Assembly: GCF_006345805.1 (NCBI RefSeq)
Contig: NC_043004.1
Location: 95,542,001-95,606,000 of the forward strand
Length of the DNA stretch: 64,000 bases
Direction: 5' to 3'
From: Octopus sinensis
Lineage: Eukaryota
Shown: positions 37,351-50,514 of the stretch, one piece after another
How the letters are laid out: each line of letters opens with the position of its first letter
How positions within the stretch are numbered: position 1 is the first letter of the stretch
Notes under the pieces: model-generated
Told to the model about the DNA's origin: nothing
The model's input: only the letters and a program-made list of their open reading frames with translations
Database searches by the model: none
Program-made: the position numbers and the translations under genes

Positions 37351-38687
37351 TATATATATATATATATAATGTATGTATATGCACATATAATGTGCATGTA
37401 TAGTAATATTACGATCATGAAATTTGCAATAGCTTATTTCACTCTTTCTTGTGCAATCCCTAGGAACCTTTTACAGGATCCTAGGGTTCCAGGGAACCCT
37501 GTTTGAGAAACGTTGTTACAGAGGGTGGGGCTGGCTCTACTTTGAAAATTCTGCTCAACTTCTCAAGTTTACTTTCCTTTCAATGTTTTCATTTTCTCTT
37601 TCTACTGTCCCTGACCATTTTCGACCCATGTTCATTGTTCCTTACCTTCTTATTTTCACAAGACAAACGAAGAAACACTAACAATTGTGTCAGAAGAAGA
37701 GGGACCTTGGTTGTCAGCTTCTGGCTCTAAGGACAAAGAATTTTTTTTAGCACCCTCAGAGGTAACAACTATAATAGTACTAGCTGGCCTTGTGCCATCA
37801 TGAATGATGGTTAATTGTAGTATTTTATATATAAATATGGATGGTAAATCAAATTAATACACTTGTGAATGTTATCTAGTGGTTGTCTTTTGAGATGTGA
37901 CATCAATCATTGTTTGTTACTGAAAGAACACTGGTTCACACATACAAACATTCACATACTTCCTTTGTACATGCGCACACATACACACACATATACTCAC
38001 ACAGAGTTGAAACACTGTTAGATTTTTCTTTTCAGTATTGAATGTTCATTATCCCACTTCCATTGCACATACACACACACACACACATACACACAAACAT
38101 TCACATACCTCCCTTTTACATACACACACATATACTTACACAGAGTTCAAATGTTCCCACTACTAGTTTACCATCACCCCTTCCTTCCTTGTTCATCTAT
38201 CACCCCTTCCTTTCTCATTCATATGTTGTGACGGAGAAAAACACAAGAGTATCATTATAGTAGATGATTAGTGGTGCTCTGGGGGCAGCAGCTTCTGTAT
38301 CCCGTTGTTGTTGTTGCTGTTATGGTTGTTGGTTGTTTTTAATGTCCTTTGTCTTTTTGGTTTTTCACATTCTTCAAGCAGAAAATCCTCAAATAGCCAC
38401 TACAACCACATGTGTCTTCATTCTTGCACCACCACTTTCATTGCTCTTCCTTCTGTATCCTTGGTAGAACACAGCTCTAGAATGCTTCTGGGATTTGCAA
38501 AGGTTATTATGGTATGTATATCCTTTGATGCCACAAGTATCCACATGTCATTTCTGGTTACGTTGGTTCTCACCACTTTCTCGTACTTTACTACAAAAAT
38601 GATGATGGGGCAAAGTGCAATGCTATTGTTATTATTTACTCCATGATATGAGTATTGTTTCATCACATGCATTGTGAATTGTGATAC

Positions 38688-38918
38688 CTATTTCTTTATT
38701 ACCCACAAGGGGCTAAACACAGAGGGGACAAATAAGGACAGACATAGGTATTAAGTCGATTACATCGACCCCAGTGCGTAACTGGTACTTAATTTATCGA
38801 CCCCGAAAGGATGAAAGGCAAAGTCAACCTCGGCGGGATTTGAACTTACAACGTAACGCAGGCGAAATACCGCTAAGCATTTCGCCCGGCGTGCTAACGT
38901 TTCTGCCAGCTCACAGCC
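38688..38918 (-). mobile_element. SINE family B, full length
   Basis: Near-consensus copy. Confidence 0.92.
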
Positions 38919-39094
38919 TTAAATTTGGTTATAAATTTGGCTACCAGTGTATAAATTGTGATACCAGTGTATAAACAGATATATGACACACAAACTTGGC
39001 TTGGTTTTTTTTCATCATTTATCTTCAGTTCTGAAACATAGGTATATGATTCCATAAACCCTCCCTCAATAAATAAAAGAAATATTCATCCACA

Positions 39095-39440
39095 CAGGCG
39101 TGGCTGTGTGGTAAGAAGCTTGCTTCCCAACTACATGGTTCCAGGTTCAGTCTCACAGCATGGCACCTTAGGCAAGTGTCTTCTGCTATAGCCGCAGGCC
39201 AACCAAAGCCTTGTGAGTGGATTTGATAGACAGAAACTGAAAGAAGCCTGTCGTGTATATATATATATATATCACCCACTACACTCACAGACTGGTTGGT
39301 GTTAGGAAGGGTATCCAGCTGTAGAAACACTGCCAGACCAGACTGGAGCCTGGTGCAGCCTCCTGGTTTCCCAGACCCCGGTCGAACCATCCAACCTGTG
39401 CTAGCACAGAAAATGGACGTTAAACGATGGTGATGATGAT
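39095..39440 (+). mobile_element. SINE A 5' half joined at its (TA)n tract to a SINE C 3' part (39272-39440)
   Basis: An A 3' half reappears at about 39690-39910. Confidence 0.8.
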
Positions 39441-39633
39441 GACAATTATAAACAAGGGCAAAAGAAAAAAAATTTTATGCCAATATGCTGAGAATAGACT
39501 TTAAATCGTCAATCACCACATTACGATATACATTGACCATGAATACACATCGTGCTGAATCCTTTCAAGGTATTCTAATATGCTGCCACTTTGATGAAAT
39601 TTTTTTGGGAAAAAATTTTATCCTATATTAGAA

Positions 39634-39698
<65 letters not shown>

Positions 39699-40878
39699 TG
39701 TGTCTGTATTTGTCACCCCTACCATCATTTGACAACCAATGTTGGTGTGTTTACGTCTCCATAACTTAGCGGTTTGGCAAAAGAGACCGATAGAGTAAGT
39801 ACTAGGCTTACAAAGAATAAGTCTTGTGGCCGATTTGTTTGACTAAAGGCAGTGCTCCAGCATGACCATAGTCAAATGACTGAAACAAGTAAAAGAATAA
39901 AAGAATAAAGGAACATTGACCAGGACTACTTCCAGTTATTCTATTCACTGCAGAGGGAAAACTGTTTTGCTTTTGTCAATGCAGAGGTATAAAATCTTCC
40001 TTCTCTCTAGCTCTCGAATGAAGAACTCCGACAAAGACACGCCTTTCCTAATCACATAATTTTACCAAGCAGTGTATTTTTTTACCAGTCAGCCAATGCA
40101 GGTCCAGCATGTTTTATCACGAGCAGCATTAATTTAAGAAAATTTAATTTTTTCTTCAGTTTGTCTTCATTTGTCAAAATGTGGGTGTGTGTGTGTGTGT
40201 GCAATGTTGTTGTTAACAATATCGTTGGAACTCTTCCACTTTATTAATTACTTGTCAAAATGTCTTCCTTTTGCAGAGTTGCATGCACATATTCTCATGT
40301 ATATTTAATCTTCTTTATTTTTCTTGTGCTGCTGCACTCCTTTGCACTACTGGTGGATGTTTTTTTTTTTTATTTTCTTTATTTTCAGGTGAGGAATCAC
40401 CTTAAATTGAATGAAAACAAAACAAAACAAAATTATATTTTAGAAAATGTTCAAATCAGACAGACTTTGTGTTTTCTTCGGTTTGAGATATCTAAAGTGT
40501 TCCAGGATACCCTTAAGTAATTTATGAAGAAATTTATTCAAAATGTTTTCCTTTCACTGCATTTGGTAAAAAGCCAAAATTCATGGAGAGAACAAAAGTA
40601 CATCCGATTGGGTAAAAACATCATCATCATCATCATTCTTTCTTTCTTTCTTTCTTTCTTTCTACTACAAGCACAAGACCTGAAATTTGGAAGGAGGGAG
40701 GATAGTTGATTACATCAACCCCAGTACTTAGCTGGTATTTATTTTATTGACCTCAAAAGGAAGAAAGGATCAACCCTAAATTATTAACATAGGTCATGGA
40801 TTAACAGAACTATTAGTGCATTGGGAAAAAATGCATTACAGTATTTCTTCCTGGACTTTAAGATGATGATGATGATGA

Positions 40879-40956
<78 letters not shown>

Positions 40957-41199
40957 CGATGAATGAAGATAACAGCAACAACAATAATAATGAAATTGAT
41001 AATGATGATGCTGGTTTCTTGTCAAAAGGGGATATTACAAAGACATTACAATTTGTGTGAGTTCACATAAAACTGGGTGAAGAGAAAAATTAAAAAGAAG
41101 GAAAATCGAGAGGAAAAGTATACTGGAGTATACATAATATATGAATACAAAGATGATATAGTCCTCCTGATGCAGGAGGACTTCTAACTAGTGTCAGTC

Positions 41200-41800
41200 A
41201 ACGAACCCTATACATCCAAGGACCTTGAACACCAAGGGCATATGCTCTCTCGCAACTGTTGTTTTCCAATTTACAGGTGCACCTTAATCATTTTCCACTT
41301 CAGTTTTTGACAAATCAACAAGTGGAGAATCCTGCCTTCTCTATCCTCTCCTGCCTTTTCAATTGGAACTAGAAGTCGTTGATAAAATTTGACAAAAAAT
41401 AACAGTGCCTGTTCTCAGTTATTCAACCATGTTCACAATGCAACCTCTTTCGCCGTATCGACTGGAAGAATGAAAACTGTCTGCCCAATAAAAGAGGGTG
41501 AAGGGTTATCATCGTGATCAACTTAGCCAAAAGCTGGATCAGCCCTACTAGGGATAAAAGCTGTTTGACAACCCACAAGTCAGCAATGCTTGACCACTGC
41601 ACAAATATATGCAGTAGTTTCATCATTCTGTACATATATCAGACAGTTACATCTGATGGCACTTTCCATTCTGTAAAATTTATCTCTAATCAGTTGTGCA
41701 TCCATAGTAGTCCTTGATCTGAAAGTTTTCCACAAGAGTCGAGTCAGTTCGTCCTTGTTGGCACCTACCATTTACCCCAAGGATGTTATCATGTTCATTC
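41200..41800 (-). mobile_element. Possible decayed L1/Tx1-type APE endonuclease fragment
   Basis: Broken frame includes IEKAGEDREGRILHLLI, resembling the DxEGR motif; many stops. Confidence 0.35.
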
Positions 41801-42014
41801 AGAACTAGTTTTCTGAATATTACTAAACTGGAACTTCTACTGACATGCAACATGGATATGCTTGTAGATTTTATCCCTCTGGTAATCTGTCAAGCCAAGG
41901 ATCTTGGAAAATTTTCATAATTCCTAACATGAATGTCTTTCAGAACTTTGATCAAGGAATGCAACTTGGTTAAAGAGATGAGCTAATAATAACTATTCAT
42001 CCTAATCAGAAGCA

Positions 42015-42435
42015 GTTTTAAGGGGTAGGAGTAGTCAATGCTGTTGATTCCAGTACTCAATTTGTACCTTATATCATCAAGTCCAGAAGGATGAAAGGCA
42101 AAGTTAACCTCGGTGGAGTTTCAACTCAGAGAGTAAAGAGTCGGACCAAATGCCACAAATAATTTTTTATGATGCTTTAACAATTTTGCCAGTTTGCTGC
42201 TTTAGACAAACTAATAATAATCCTTTCTGCTGGAAGTACAAGGTCTCAGATTTGGAGGAAGGGATTAAGTCGATCTCATCGACCCCAATGCATAACTAGT
42301 ACTAATTTTAATCGACCCCGAACAAATGAAAGGCAAAGTTGACCTCGGTGGAATTTGAACTCAGGACGTAACAGCAGACAAAATACTGCTAAGCATTTTG
42401 TCTGGCATGCTATCAATTCTGCCAGCTTGCCACCT
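42015..42435 (-). mobile_element. Two tandem SINE B copies
   Basis: Each has ggatgaaaggcaaagtt.acctcggtgga.tt. Confidence 0.8.
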
Positions 42436-42970
42436 TAGACAAACTAATAATAATAAAAAATAAGCAAAAAATCAGAAATTTTCTTAGGGAGAAGGACAGT
42501 TGACCGGTACTTTAAGTACTCTGAAAGGCTGAGCTTAAAAGCCAGGAAGAAATACTGTAATGCATTTTTTTCCAATGCACTAATAGCTCTGTTAATCCAT
42601 GACCTATATTAATAATTATGGATAATTTGGTCACAAGGCCAGCAATGCTACCATAAATTTTAAAATAAAATTCAGGATTTATGGAGAGTCAAAGTTGGGA
42701 ACAAGTACAGAACATCACCAAAGTAGAAAACATTTACCTTTTATCAAATTGGGTCTCTTTTACTCTAAACTGGTATTAGTAGAGCTTCCATAGAATGACT
42801 CAGATATATTACTCTATGGGGTCACTCAATCTGCTATAAATTGCTGTCAAGTCTCCTACCAGTTTAGAAAAGACGGCTACTATAAGTAATGGTTTTGTTA
42901 ACTGACCGAGAATGTACTTCTAATTTAGCTGGTGCAAAGATATACATTCATAGAGCGATGGTGCTGGGAT

Positions 42971-43113
42971 TGTCTCATGCTCCTGGCTTTATGAAATGTA
43001 TTAACGATGTAAGAGGAACAGCTCTAAATAGGAATGAAAACCAACTCACAGGCATTACTTCTTGAGAACAAATTTGTTGTGATTTTCACAAGAACAGTAA
43101 TAAACAAGACAAT
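42971..43113 (+). repeat. Unclassified repeat of about 145 bp, second copy at 54042-54192
   Basis: Shared tgtctca.gctcctggctttatgaa...aaaaccaactcacaggcattacttcttgagaacaaa. Confidence 0.85.
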
Positions 43114-43250
43114 GGTGGTGGTGGTGGTGGTCGTCGTCGTCGTCGTTGTCGTTGTCGTCGTTGTTGTCATCGTCATCGTCATCATCGTCGTGGTGTTCAT
43201 GGTGGTCATGATGATGATGATGTTGATAGGGTGAGGGGAGATGATGATGG

Positions 43251-43281
<31 letters not shown>

Positions 43282-43470
43282 AATAGCGAGGACAGCAATG
43301 ATAACTAGGAAGGAGTGAAGTGAGTGGAATTTAAATAAACTGAAATGAAAAGCAAAGGAAAAATATTCTGGGAAAAATTCCAAAAATTTGAAAAAGATGA
43401 TTGAAAATTAGCAATAGAATAATAAATGTAAAAACACTAACAACTAACAAACAAACAAACAAATAAATAC

Positions 43471-43527
<57 letters not shown>

Positions 43528-44015
43528 GTAATAATGATAATAATAATAATAGGGGAAATAGATAAATTTAATAGAATAGAATAAAATAAAATAGAAGAAA
43601 TGGAACAGACGAATAAACGAGAAAACATCAGTAGAAGAAAGTGGCATAAATTACTGATGATAGTTGTGAAGCACAAAGCAAAAGTTTATAGCAAGATTAT
43701 TTGAAGGAGTAGGAGAACTGAAAAGTGAGATAGATTAAAGTAATATAAAAGGCAAAGAAATAAAATTGGAGGTTAATTTCTCTTAAATGCCAGCATCTTC
43801 TGACATCTTCTTTGGTTTTTTTTTTATTAGTCGGCCATTTTGTCATGGCGTCTGTGTTGTGTTTGTTTGCTACAGCTTCGATCTTCTTCATTCCACTCAT
43901 TTCACATCAATAGCTACTGTTTTGGAAATTTGTAGTTGGCACGTGTGTGGGTGTGTGATGGCATGCGTGTGTTCAATTATGTGAATGTGTGATTGAATGA
44001 TTGATTGATTGATTG

Positions 44016-44061
<46 letters not shown>

Positions 44062-44112
44062 GGTACTGAGAACAAAATGCATGCATATGCATGTGTTTAT
44101 GGATGTGTATAT

Positions 44113-44345
44113 ACTCTTTTTACTCTTTTTACTCTTTTTACTCTTTTAGTTGTTTCAGTCAGTTGACTGCGGCCATGCTGCAGCACCGCCTTTAGTCGAG
44201 CAACTCGACCCTGGGACTTATTCTTTTGTAAGCCCAGTACTTATTCTATCGGTCTTTTTGCCGAACCGCTAAGTGACGGGGACATAAACACACCAGCATC
44301 CGTTGTCAAGCAATGCTAGGGGGTCAAAGTCAGACACACAAACAT

Positions 44346-44376
<31 letters not shown>

Positions 44377-44545
44377 CATATATACGACGGGCTTCATTCA
44401 GTTTCCGTCTACCAAATCCACTCACAAGGCTTTGGTTTGACCCGAGGCTATAGCAGAAGACACTTGCCCAAGATGCCACCCAGTGGGACTGAACCCGGAA
44501 CCATGTGGTTGGTAAGCAAGCTACTTACCACACAGCCACTCCTGT
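44113..44545 (-). mobile_element. SINE family A
   Basis: Near-consensus copy. Confidence 0.92.
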
Positions 44546-44819
44546 GTGTACCTAAGTGTGTTTTTGTTTGTGTGTGTATGGACATATGACAAATAGAGAG
44601 TGCGTGTGACAGTGAGTTAATAGCCGAGTTGATAGAGTACAGGAGAATCAGCTGCCAGCTTGCCAGCTCGTATTTTGTTGCTGTCATTACTTAGTATTCC
44701 TGGCCAAAACAGCTTCTTCTTGATTGAGTGAACAAGTTCAGTACAAAGAAGGACCCAGTGATTGGAGGTAAATAGAAGGACAGTAAAATTAATGAGTATT
44801 ATAATGAGTAAATTACCGA

Positions 44820-45240
44820 GGCGCAGGAGTGGCTGTGTGGTAAGTAGCTTGCTAACCAACCAACATGGTTCCGGGTTCAGTCCTACTGCGTGGCATCTTG
44901 GGCAAGTGTCTTCTGCTATAGCCCCGGGCCAACCAACGCCTTGTGAGTGGATTTGGTAGACGGAAACTGAAAGAAGCCTGTCGTATATATGTATATATAT
45001 ATATGTATGTATGTGTTTGTGTGTTTGTGTTTGTCCCCCTAGCATTGCTTGACAACCAATGCTGGTGTGTTTACGTCTCCGTAACTTAGCGGTTCAGCAA
45101 AAGAGACCGATAAAATAAGTACTGGGCTTACAAAGAATAAGTCCCGGGGTCGATTTGCTCAACTAAAGGCGGTGCTCCAGCATGGCCGCAGTCAAATGAC
45201 TGAAACAAGTAAAAGAGTAAAAGAGTAAGAGTAAAGAGTA
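44820..45240 (+). mobile_element. SINE family A
   Basis: Near-consensus copy. Confidence 0.93.
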
Positions 45241-45269
45241 TATCATTAGCTTTCATTACTGAGTAGAAA

Positions 45270-45652
45270 TCTCTATATATATAAACGGCAGTTTGTCTGT
45301 GTGCGTATCTGTGTGTCTGTTAGGTTGTACCCTCACCCTGACCACGGCTTTGAACCGATTCTGATGAAACTTGACACACACATAGCCCAATGTCATAATT
45401 CAAAACTAACGCAGAGAAAATTTTGAAAAGTTCCCCCAGTTCTGAAAAAAATCGATAAATTCGACATGGGGTCGACAATCAGAAACACAAACCACAAACT
45501 GTCTAGGGGACGCAACTCGACCTTTTTAACTCTCAAAAAAATTTACCATAATTTTTCCCCCATTTTTTTGCTATTTTTTGGCTATAACTCTCTAAAAATG
45601 CTTTATAGTTATTTCCCTTACAAACCCGAGCAACGCCGGGCGATACTGCTAG
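45270..45652 (+). mobile_element. Non-autonomous Helitron-type element
   Basis: Starts with TC after an A, ends with hairpin cccgagcaacgccggg then CTAG before a T; no TSD. Confidence 0.8.
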
Positions 45653-45934
45653 TCCTTCTCTAAGTGTAGCTTAGGGAGATGAGAACTTCACCCTAGCTAC
45701 AATACCTTCATATGAAGTCCTTGGAGTTGTCCCAAATTTCTCATTTGGCACACTGCCAACCTACTACTATTATTTTACTGTTTACACAGTAAAAAAAATG
45801 TTGACCTTTCAGAGCCAACTTAGCTGATAGTAATTTGGTACGACTTTAGCACTGATACTTGTATAATTCAGTGGCTTCAGCTCCCACTGTCAGGTCATGT
45901 TGCTTAATTTTCTGAGCGAGAACTTATGTATCAT

Positions 45935-46144
45935 ACTCTTACTCTCTTTTACTTGTTTCAGTCATTTGACTGCGGCCATGCTGGAGCACCGCCTTTAGTC
46001 GAGCAAATCAACCCCGGGACTTATTCTTTGTAAGCCCAGTACTTATTCTATCGGTCTCTTTTGCCGAACCGCTAGGTGACAGGGACGTAAATACACCAGC
46101 ATCGGTTGTCAAGCAATGCTAGGGGGACAAACACAGACACACAA

Positions 46145-46179
<35 letters not shown>

Positions 46180-46352
46180 CACATATATACGACAGGTTTC
46201 TTTCAGTTTCCGTCTACCAAATCCACTCACAAGGCATTGGTTGGCCCGGGGCTATAGCAGAAGACACTTGCCCAAGATGCCACGCAGTGGGACTGAACCC
46301 GGAACCATGTGGTTGGTTAGCAAGCTACTTACCACACAGCCACTCCTGCGCA
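45935..46352 (-). mobile_element. SINE family A
   Basis: Near-consensus copy. Confidence 0.93.
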
Positions 46353-47099
46353 CATTCTTTTTTTCTAAGGATTCAACTGGGGTGACTGCTTGTGTTGGTC
46401 AGCCACATGCCACATGATCATGCTGGATGAAGGATTTATCTTGCAGGGATGGGATATTACTCAGAGGGTTGACCTAAGGAAATACCAGTAAATGGCAAAT
46501 GCAACAACATACTGCAACAGTGGATGCCCCCACCAACACCATCAATTATAACTGATCAGACCTGCCCTAGCACTGTGCATCTCTCTCACACTCAACCCTC
46601 TTGCATTTCATATCATCTGGACAGCCATCTACCATCTTCTCTAAATGATAAAGCCGTTTTTGTCCTGCTTTTCTTCCGTCAACCTGTACATAACTGCACC
46701 TTCCATTTTTTGTTGTTTTTGTACTGCTTAAAGGCACGTTTCTTTCCTGCCAAGCTTACTGCTTAAACCATGTTTGTGTTCTCCCAGTCAACAGCCTTAT
46801 CATTACTGGTACCTTAAACTTTACGGTTGCATATTTGTGTAAATAAAATCGTTTTTCTTTGGAATAGAAAAAAAGTGTATCTTTATTTCTTCTGTTGCTG
46901 GTGTCTCAAATTTAGGTTAAATCAGTGTTTCTCAAAGGGGAGGCCTATGGGACGGTTGGACAAGTTGTTTTGAGAAAATTTGGTTTAAATGTTTGACAAT
47001 TCAGCACCGTCCATTGGACGGGGGGGGCGTTTTGCTCATATATAATATATATACATACATATACATATGCACACACGCATACACACTTACACAATTAAA

Positions 47100-47570
47100 A
47101 TGAAAAAGGAAAAAAGGAAAAAAATATATAAAAAAAATTTTTAATTAATGGAAGTTAAAACATAAGGGAAAGTTTGTGCAGGGACATAGTAGAAATGTGT
47201 ATTCTAGTAGTGATCTTGGGGGGGGACCCAAAACCCTGTTAGGTATTTTGTGACGCGTGGACATGAACCAAAGAGTTCAGTTCTTGAATTTAAACATATA
47301 GCAGGGTCTAAGGAACTTTTCCAGATGAGTGTGGTGAACTTTTCCAGAAGACCACACTTGCCACTATCACTTATATTCAAGAACTGAACTCTTTAGATCA
47401 TGCCCATATATCACAAAATAACTGTTATGGTTTTGGACACCGCATGATCACGGCTAGAATCCACATTTCTACTATGTTCCTGCACAATCGTTCCCACATA
47501 TTTTAACTTCCATTAATATTTAATATATATAATTTTTTATTTTTTATATATATTATTTCATTTTTCTTTT
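47100..47570. mobile_element. Foldback/MITE-like element with imperfect inverted arms of about 200 bp
   Basis: Examples: aagagttcagttcttgaat vs attcaagaactgaactctt; cagggacatagtagaaatgtg vs cacatttctactatgttcctg. Confidence 0.85.
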
Positions 47571-47574
47571 TAAT

Positions 47575-47892
47575 CTCTCATGGAAGCGCCATTCAACCAA
47601 AATGCAAATATATGGGAAACTACCACCTGTGTCATCTCTTGTGAAAGGTAGGAGAGTCCAGTTTGCTGGACAGTGTTGTAGAGCTGAAAACGAGGCAATT
47701 TCTACTCTTCTCTTCTGGAAGCCATCTACTCGCAATACCAGAGGGTGCACACTCTCCTACCCTGATGTAATCTCCAGAGATACAGGCATCCAGCAACAGG
47801 ACCTCCGTAATGCTATGATGGACCGTGAAGTCTGGCGTAGCATGGTAAATTCCATTGTCTCGACCACGGTCGAACAATGATGATGATGATGT
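47575..47892 (+). mobile_element. RTE-type LINE 3' end with (TGA)n tail
   Basis: SWKRHSTKMQIYGKLPPVSSLVKGRRVQFAGQCCR...LSYPDVISRDTG...MMDREVWRSMV. Confidence 0.88.
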
Positions 47893-47929
47893 ACATGTGT
47901 GTGCATATGTATATGTATGTATATATATA

Positions 47930-48325
47930 TATATATTATATGTATATATGTGTGTGTGTATATATGTGTATATGTATATGCATGTATGTGAGTGTAAGAC
48001 TGTGTCCAGTGCATATGTGCAGTTTCCATGCACATACCCCCTTCATTTATATGGATATGCATATGTCTGTGTATGTGCTGGTGTAGGTGTGTGATGGGAG
48101 GGTGTACATATATATATTATATATATATATACATACATACATAGGGTATATATATATATATATATGTATATATGTGTGTGTGTATATATGTGTATATGTA
48201 TATGCATGTATGTGAGTGTAAGACTGTGTCCAGTGCATATGTGCAGTTTCCATGCACATACCCCCTTCATTTATATGGATATGCATATGTCTGTGTATGT
48301 GCTGGTGTAGGTGTGTGATGGGAGG

Positions 48326-48356
<31 letters not shown>

Positions 48357-48371
48357 CATACATACATAGGG

Positions 48372-48380
<9 letters not shown>
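47930..48380. repeat. Tandem duplication (period about 224 bp) within a TA/TG tract
   Basis: gtaagactgtgtccag at 47994 and 48218. Confidence 0.9.
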
Positions 48381-48403
<23 letters not shown>

Positions 48404-48552
48404 AACATATATATATATATATACATGCATATATATATATATATATAATATATACATGCATATATATACATACATACATACATATATGTGTGTGTATATT
48501 TATATGCATAAATGTCTAAATATATATACATGTATGCGGCGAGCATACAGAA

Positions 48553-48780
48553 GGCGGCGAGCTGGCAGAAACGTTAGCACGCCGGGCGATATGCGTAGCC
48601 GTATTTTGTCTGCTGTTACGTTCTGAGTTCAAATTCCGTCGAGGTCAACTTTGCCTTTCATCCTTTCGGGGTCGATAAATAAAGTACCAGTTACGCACTG
48701 GGGCCGATGTAATCGACTTAATCACTTTGTCTGTCCTTGTTTGTCCCCTCTATGTCTAGCCCCTTGTGGGCAATAAATAA
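48553..48780 (+). mobile_element. SINE family B
   Basis: Near-consensus copy. Confidence 0.9.
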
Positions 48781-48844
48781 ATATATATACATGTATGCAT
48801 GTAAGCACCTATGTGTATATGAGAATTTTGTTGCATACATATAT

Positions 48845-49110
48845 CATCATCATCCTTATTGTTTAACATCCGTTTTCCATGCTGGCATGGGTCGGATGAT
48901 TTAACTGAGGCTTGGTAAGCCAGCAACTGCACCAGGAGCCACTCTGATCTGGCAAATATTCTACAGCTGGATACCCTTCCTAACACCAACCACTCTGGGA
49001 GTGTAGCGGGTACTTTTTATGTGCCACTGACACAGGAACCAGCCAGGGGACCCTAGCATCAATCATGTTCAGATAGTGCTGTTTATGTTCCACTGGCACA
49101 GGAGCCAGTA
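48845..49110 (-). mobile_element. SINE family C, diverged
   Basis: gtttaacatccgttttccatgctggcatggg...ggatacccttcctaacaccaacc. Confidence 0.8.
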
Positions 49111-49589
49111 TATATATACAGACATACATTCGCATTCCCACATACAGATTGTATGTGCTTGTACATACATATAGATAGGTTTATACTTGCATGTATGTAT
49201 CTAAGACATATCTATTCACCATTAGACGGTGGTGAAAGGAACATATGTATATATACAACCTTTGACAGAATAACAGTTATATATACAACTTGAACAGACA
49301 CACATATCAGTACCTAAACATACATTTACATGTACATACACATATACACACATACACAGACACGTCTACACACTTACATATCTAAATATTCACATACATA
49401 AGTGCATGATTACATACATACATACATGCATGCATGTGTACATGTGTATATGAATGCATGTGCATGTATACATATACATACACACATACACACATACATA
49501 CATACATACATACATTAAAAAATCTGTAAAACTTTCCAGAAGTTTATCATTTAAATATATATGAGCATGTCTAGATATGCTACTATATG

Positions 49590-49767
49590 CATGAGAATAC
49601 ATACATAAAACATACAAATCTGCACATACATACATACATACATACATACATACAACATACATACATACATACATACATACATGCATGCATACATACATAC
49701 ATACATACATATACATACATACATGCATGCATGCATGCATGCATACATACATACATACATACATACA

Positions 49768-49801
<34 letters not shown>

Positions 49802-49960
49802 CATACATACATACATACATACATAAATACATAAATAAATACATACATACATACATACATACATACATACTACATACATACATAATACATACATATAACA
49901 TACATACATAATACATACATACATACATATACATACATACATACATACATACATACATAC
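49590..49960. repeat. (CATA)n array
   Basis: Seen directly. Confidence 0.96.
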
Positions 49961-50474
49961 CCTATTCTTGATGTTGAAATTCCAATGAAGGAACCCTGGA
50001 TCTAGGTTAGAAACTGGTTCTTTCTCTATTGGCATTAAACCATGAAATAAACTGTATAATGACTTACATAAACACACACCTATCATGAACTAACTGTTAC
50101 TCTCTCAGATGCAACATGAAGTTTTGTCAGTGAACAGGACGTTGTTTCAAAGCAACAAAAATATTTTGACACAAATAAATTTAAATGTTGAAGTGAAACT
50201 AATGGTTTTTGTGTGTTTTTGAATGGCTTACAAGCATCTTCCATGCTGCAATTATTTTTGTTTCAGCCCACGATCTCAGATCAAGTGATTTGCTATGCAA
50301 GTTCATCTTAATTTAATTTAATTTATTTCAATTTATTTCCTCTACTCTTACAGCATGACTAAACCAGCTTAAAGACGAATGAAACCAGTAACATCTTTTG
50401 ATAAAGATGTAAATATATTCTTTCTTTTGTCCATGATAAACTTCTCTAAGCATTTTCTTCTTTCATCTTTTAAT

Positions 50475-50507
<33 letters not shown>

Positions 50508-50514
50508 CACACAT

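Larger units (their letters stand above)
35970..37515. mobile_element. hAT-Charlie-type MITE expanded by nested SINEs B, E and A
   Basis: TIRs caatgttcctcaacc / gtttgagaaacgttg; TSD ttatagag / ttacagag; right end resembles the 14903 MITE. Confidence 0.7.

Noticed and set aside
38290-38640. Degenerate zinc-knuckle-like peptides (DTCGIKG, DTCGCSG) on the minus strand
   Set aside because: The key His and Cys residues are missing and frames are broken; too weak to assign to a gag or ORF1.
41161-41181. 9-bp perfect hairpin gtcctcctg-atg-caggaggac
   Set aside because: Isolated, with no family or function evident; a bacterial-style terminator is irrelevant here.
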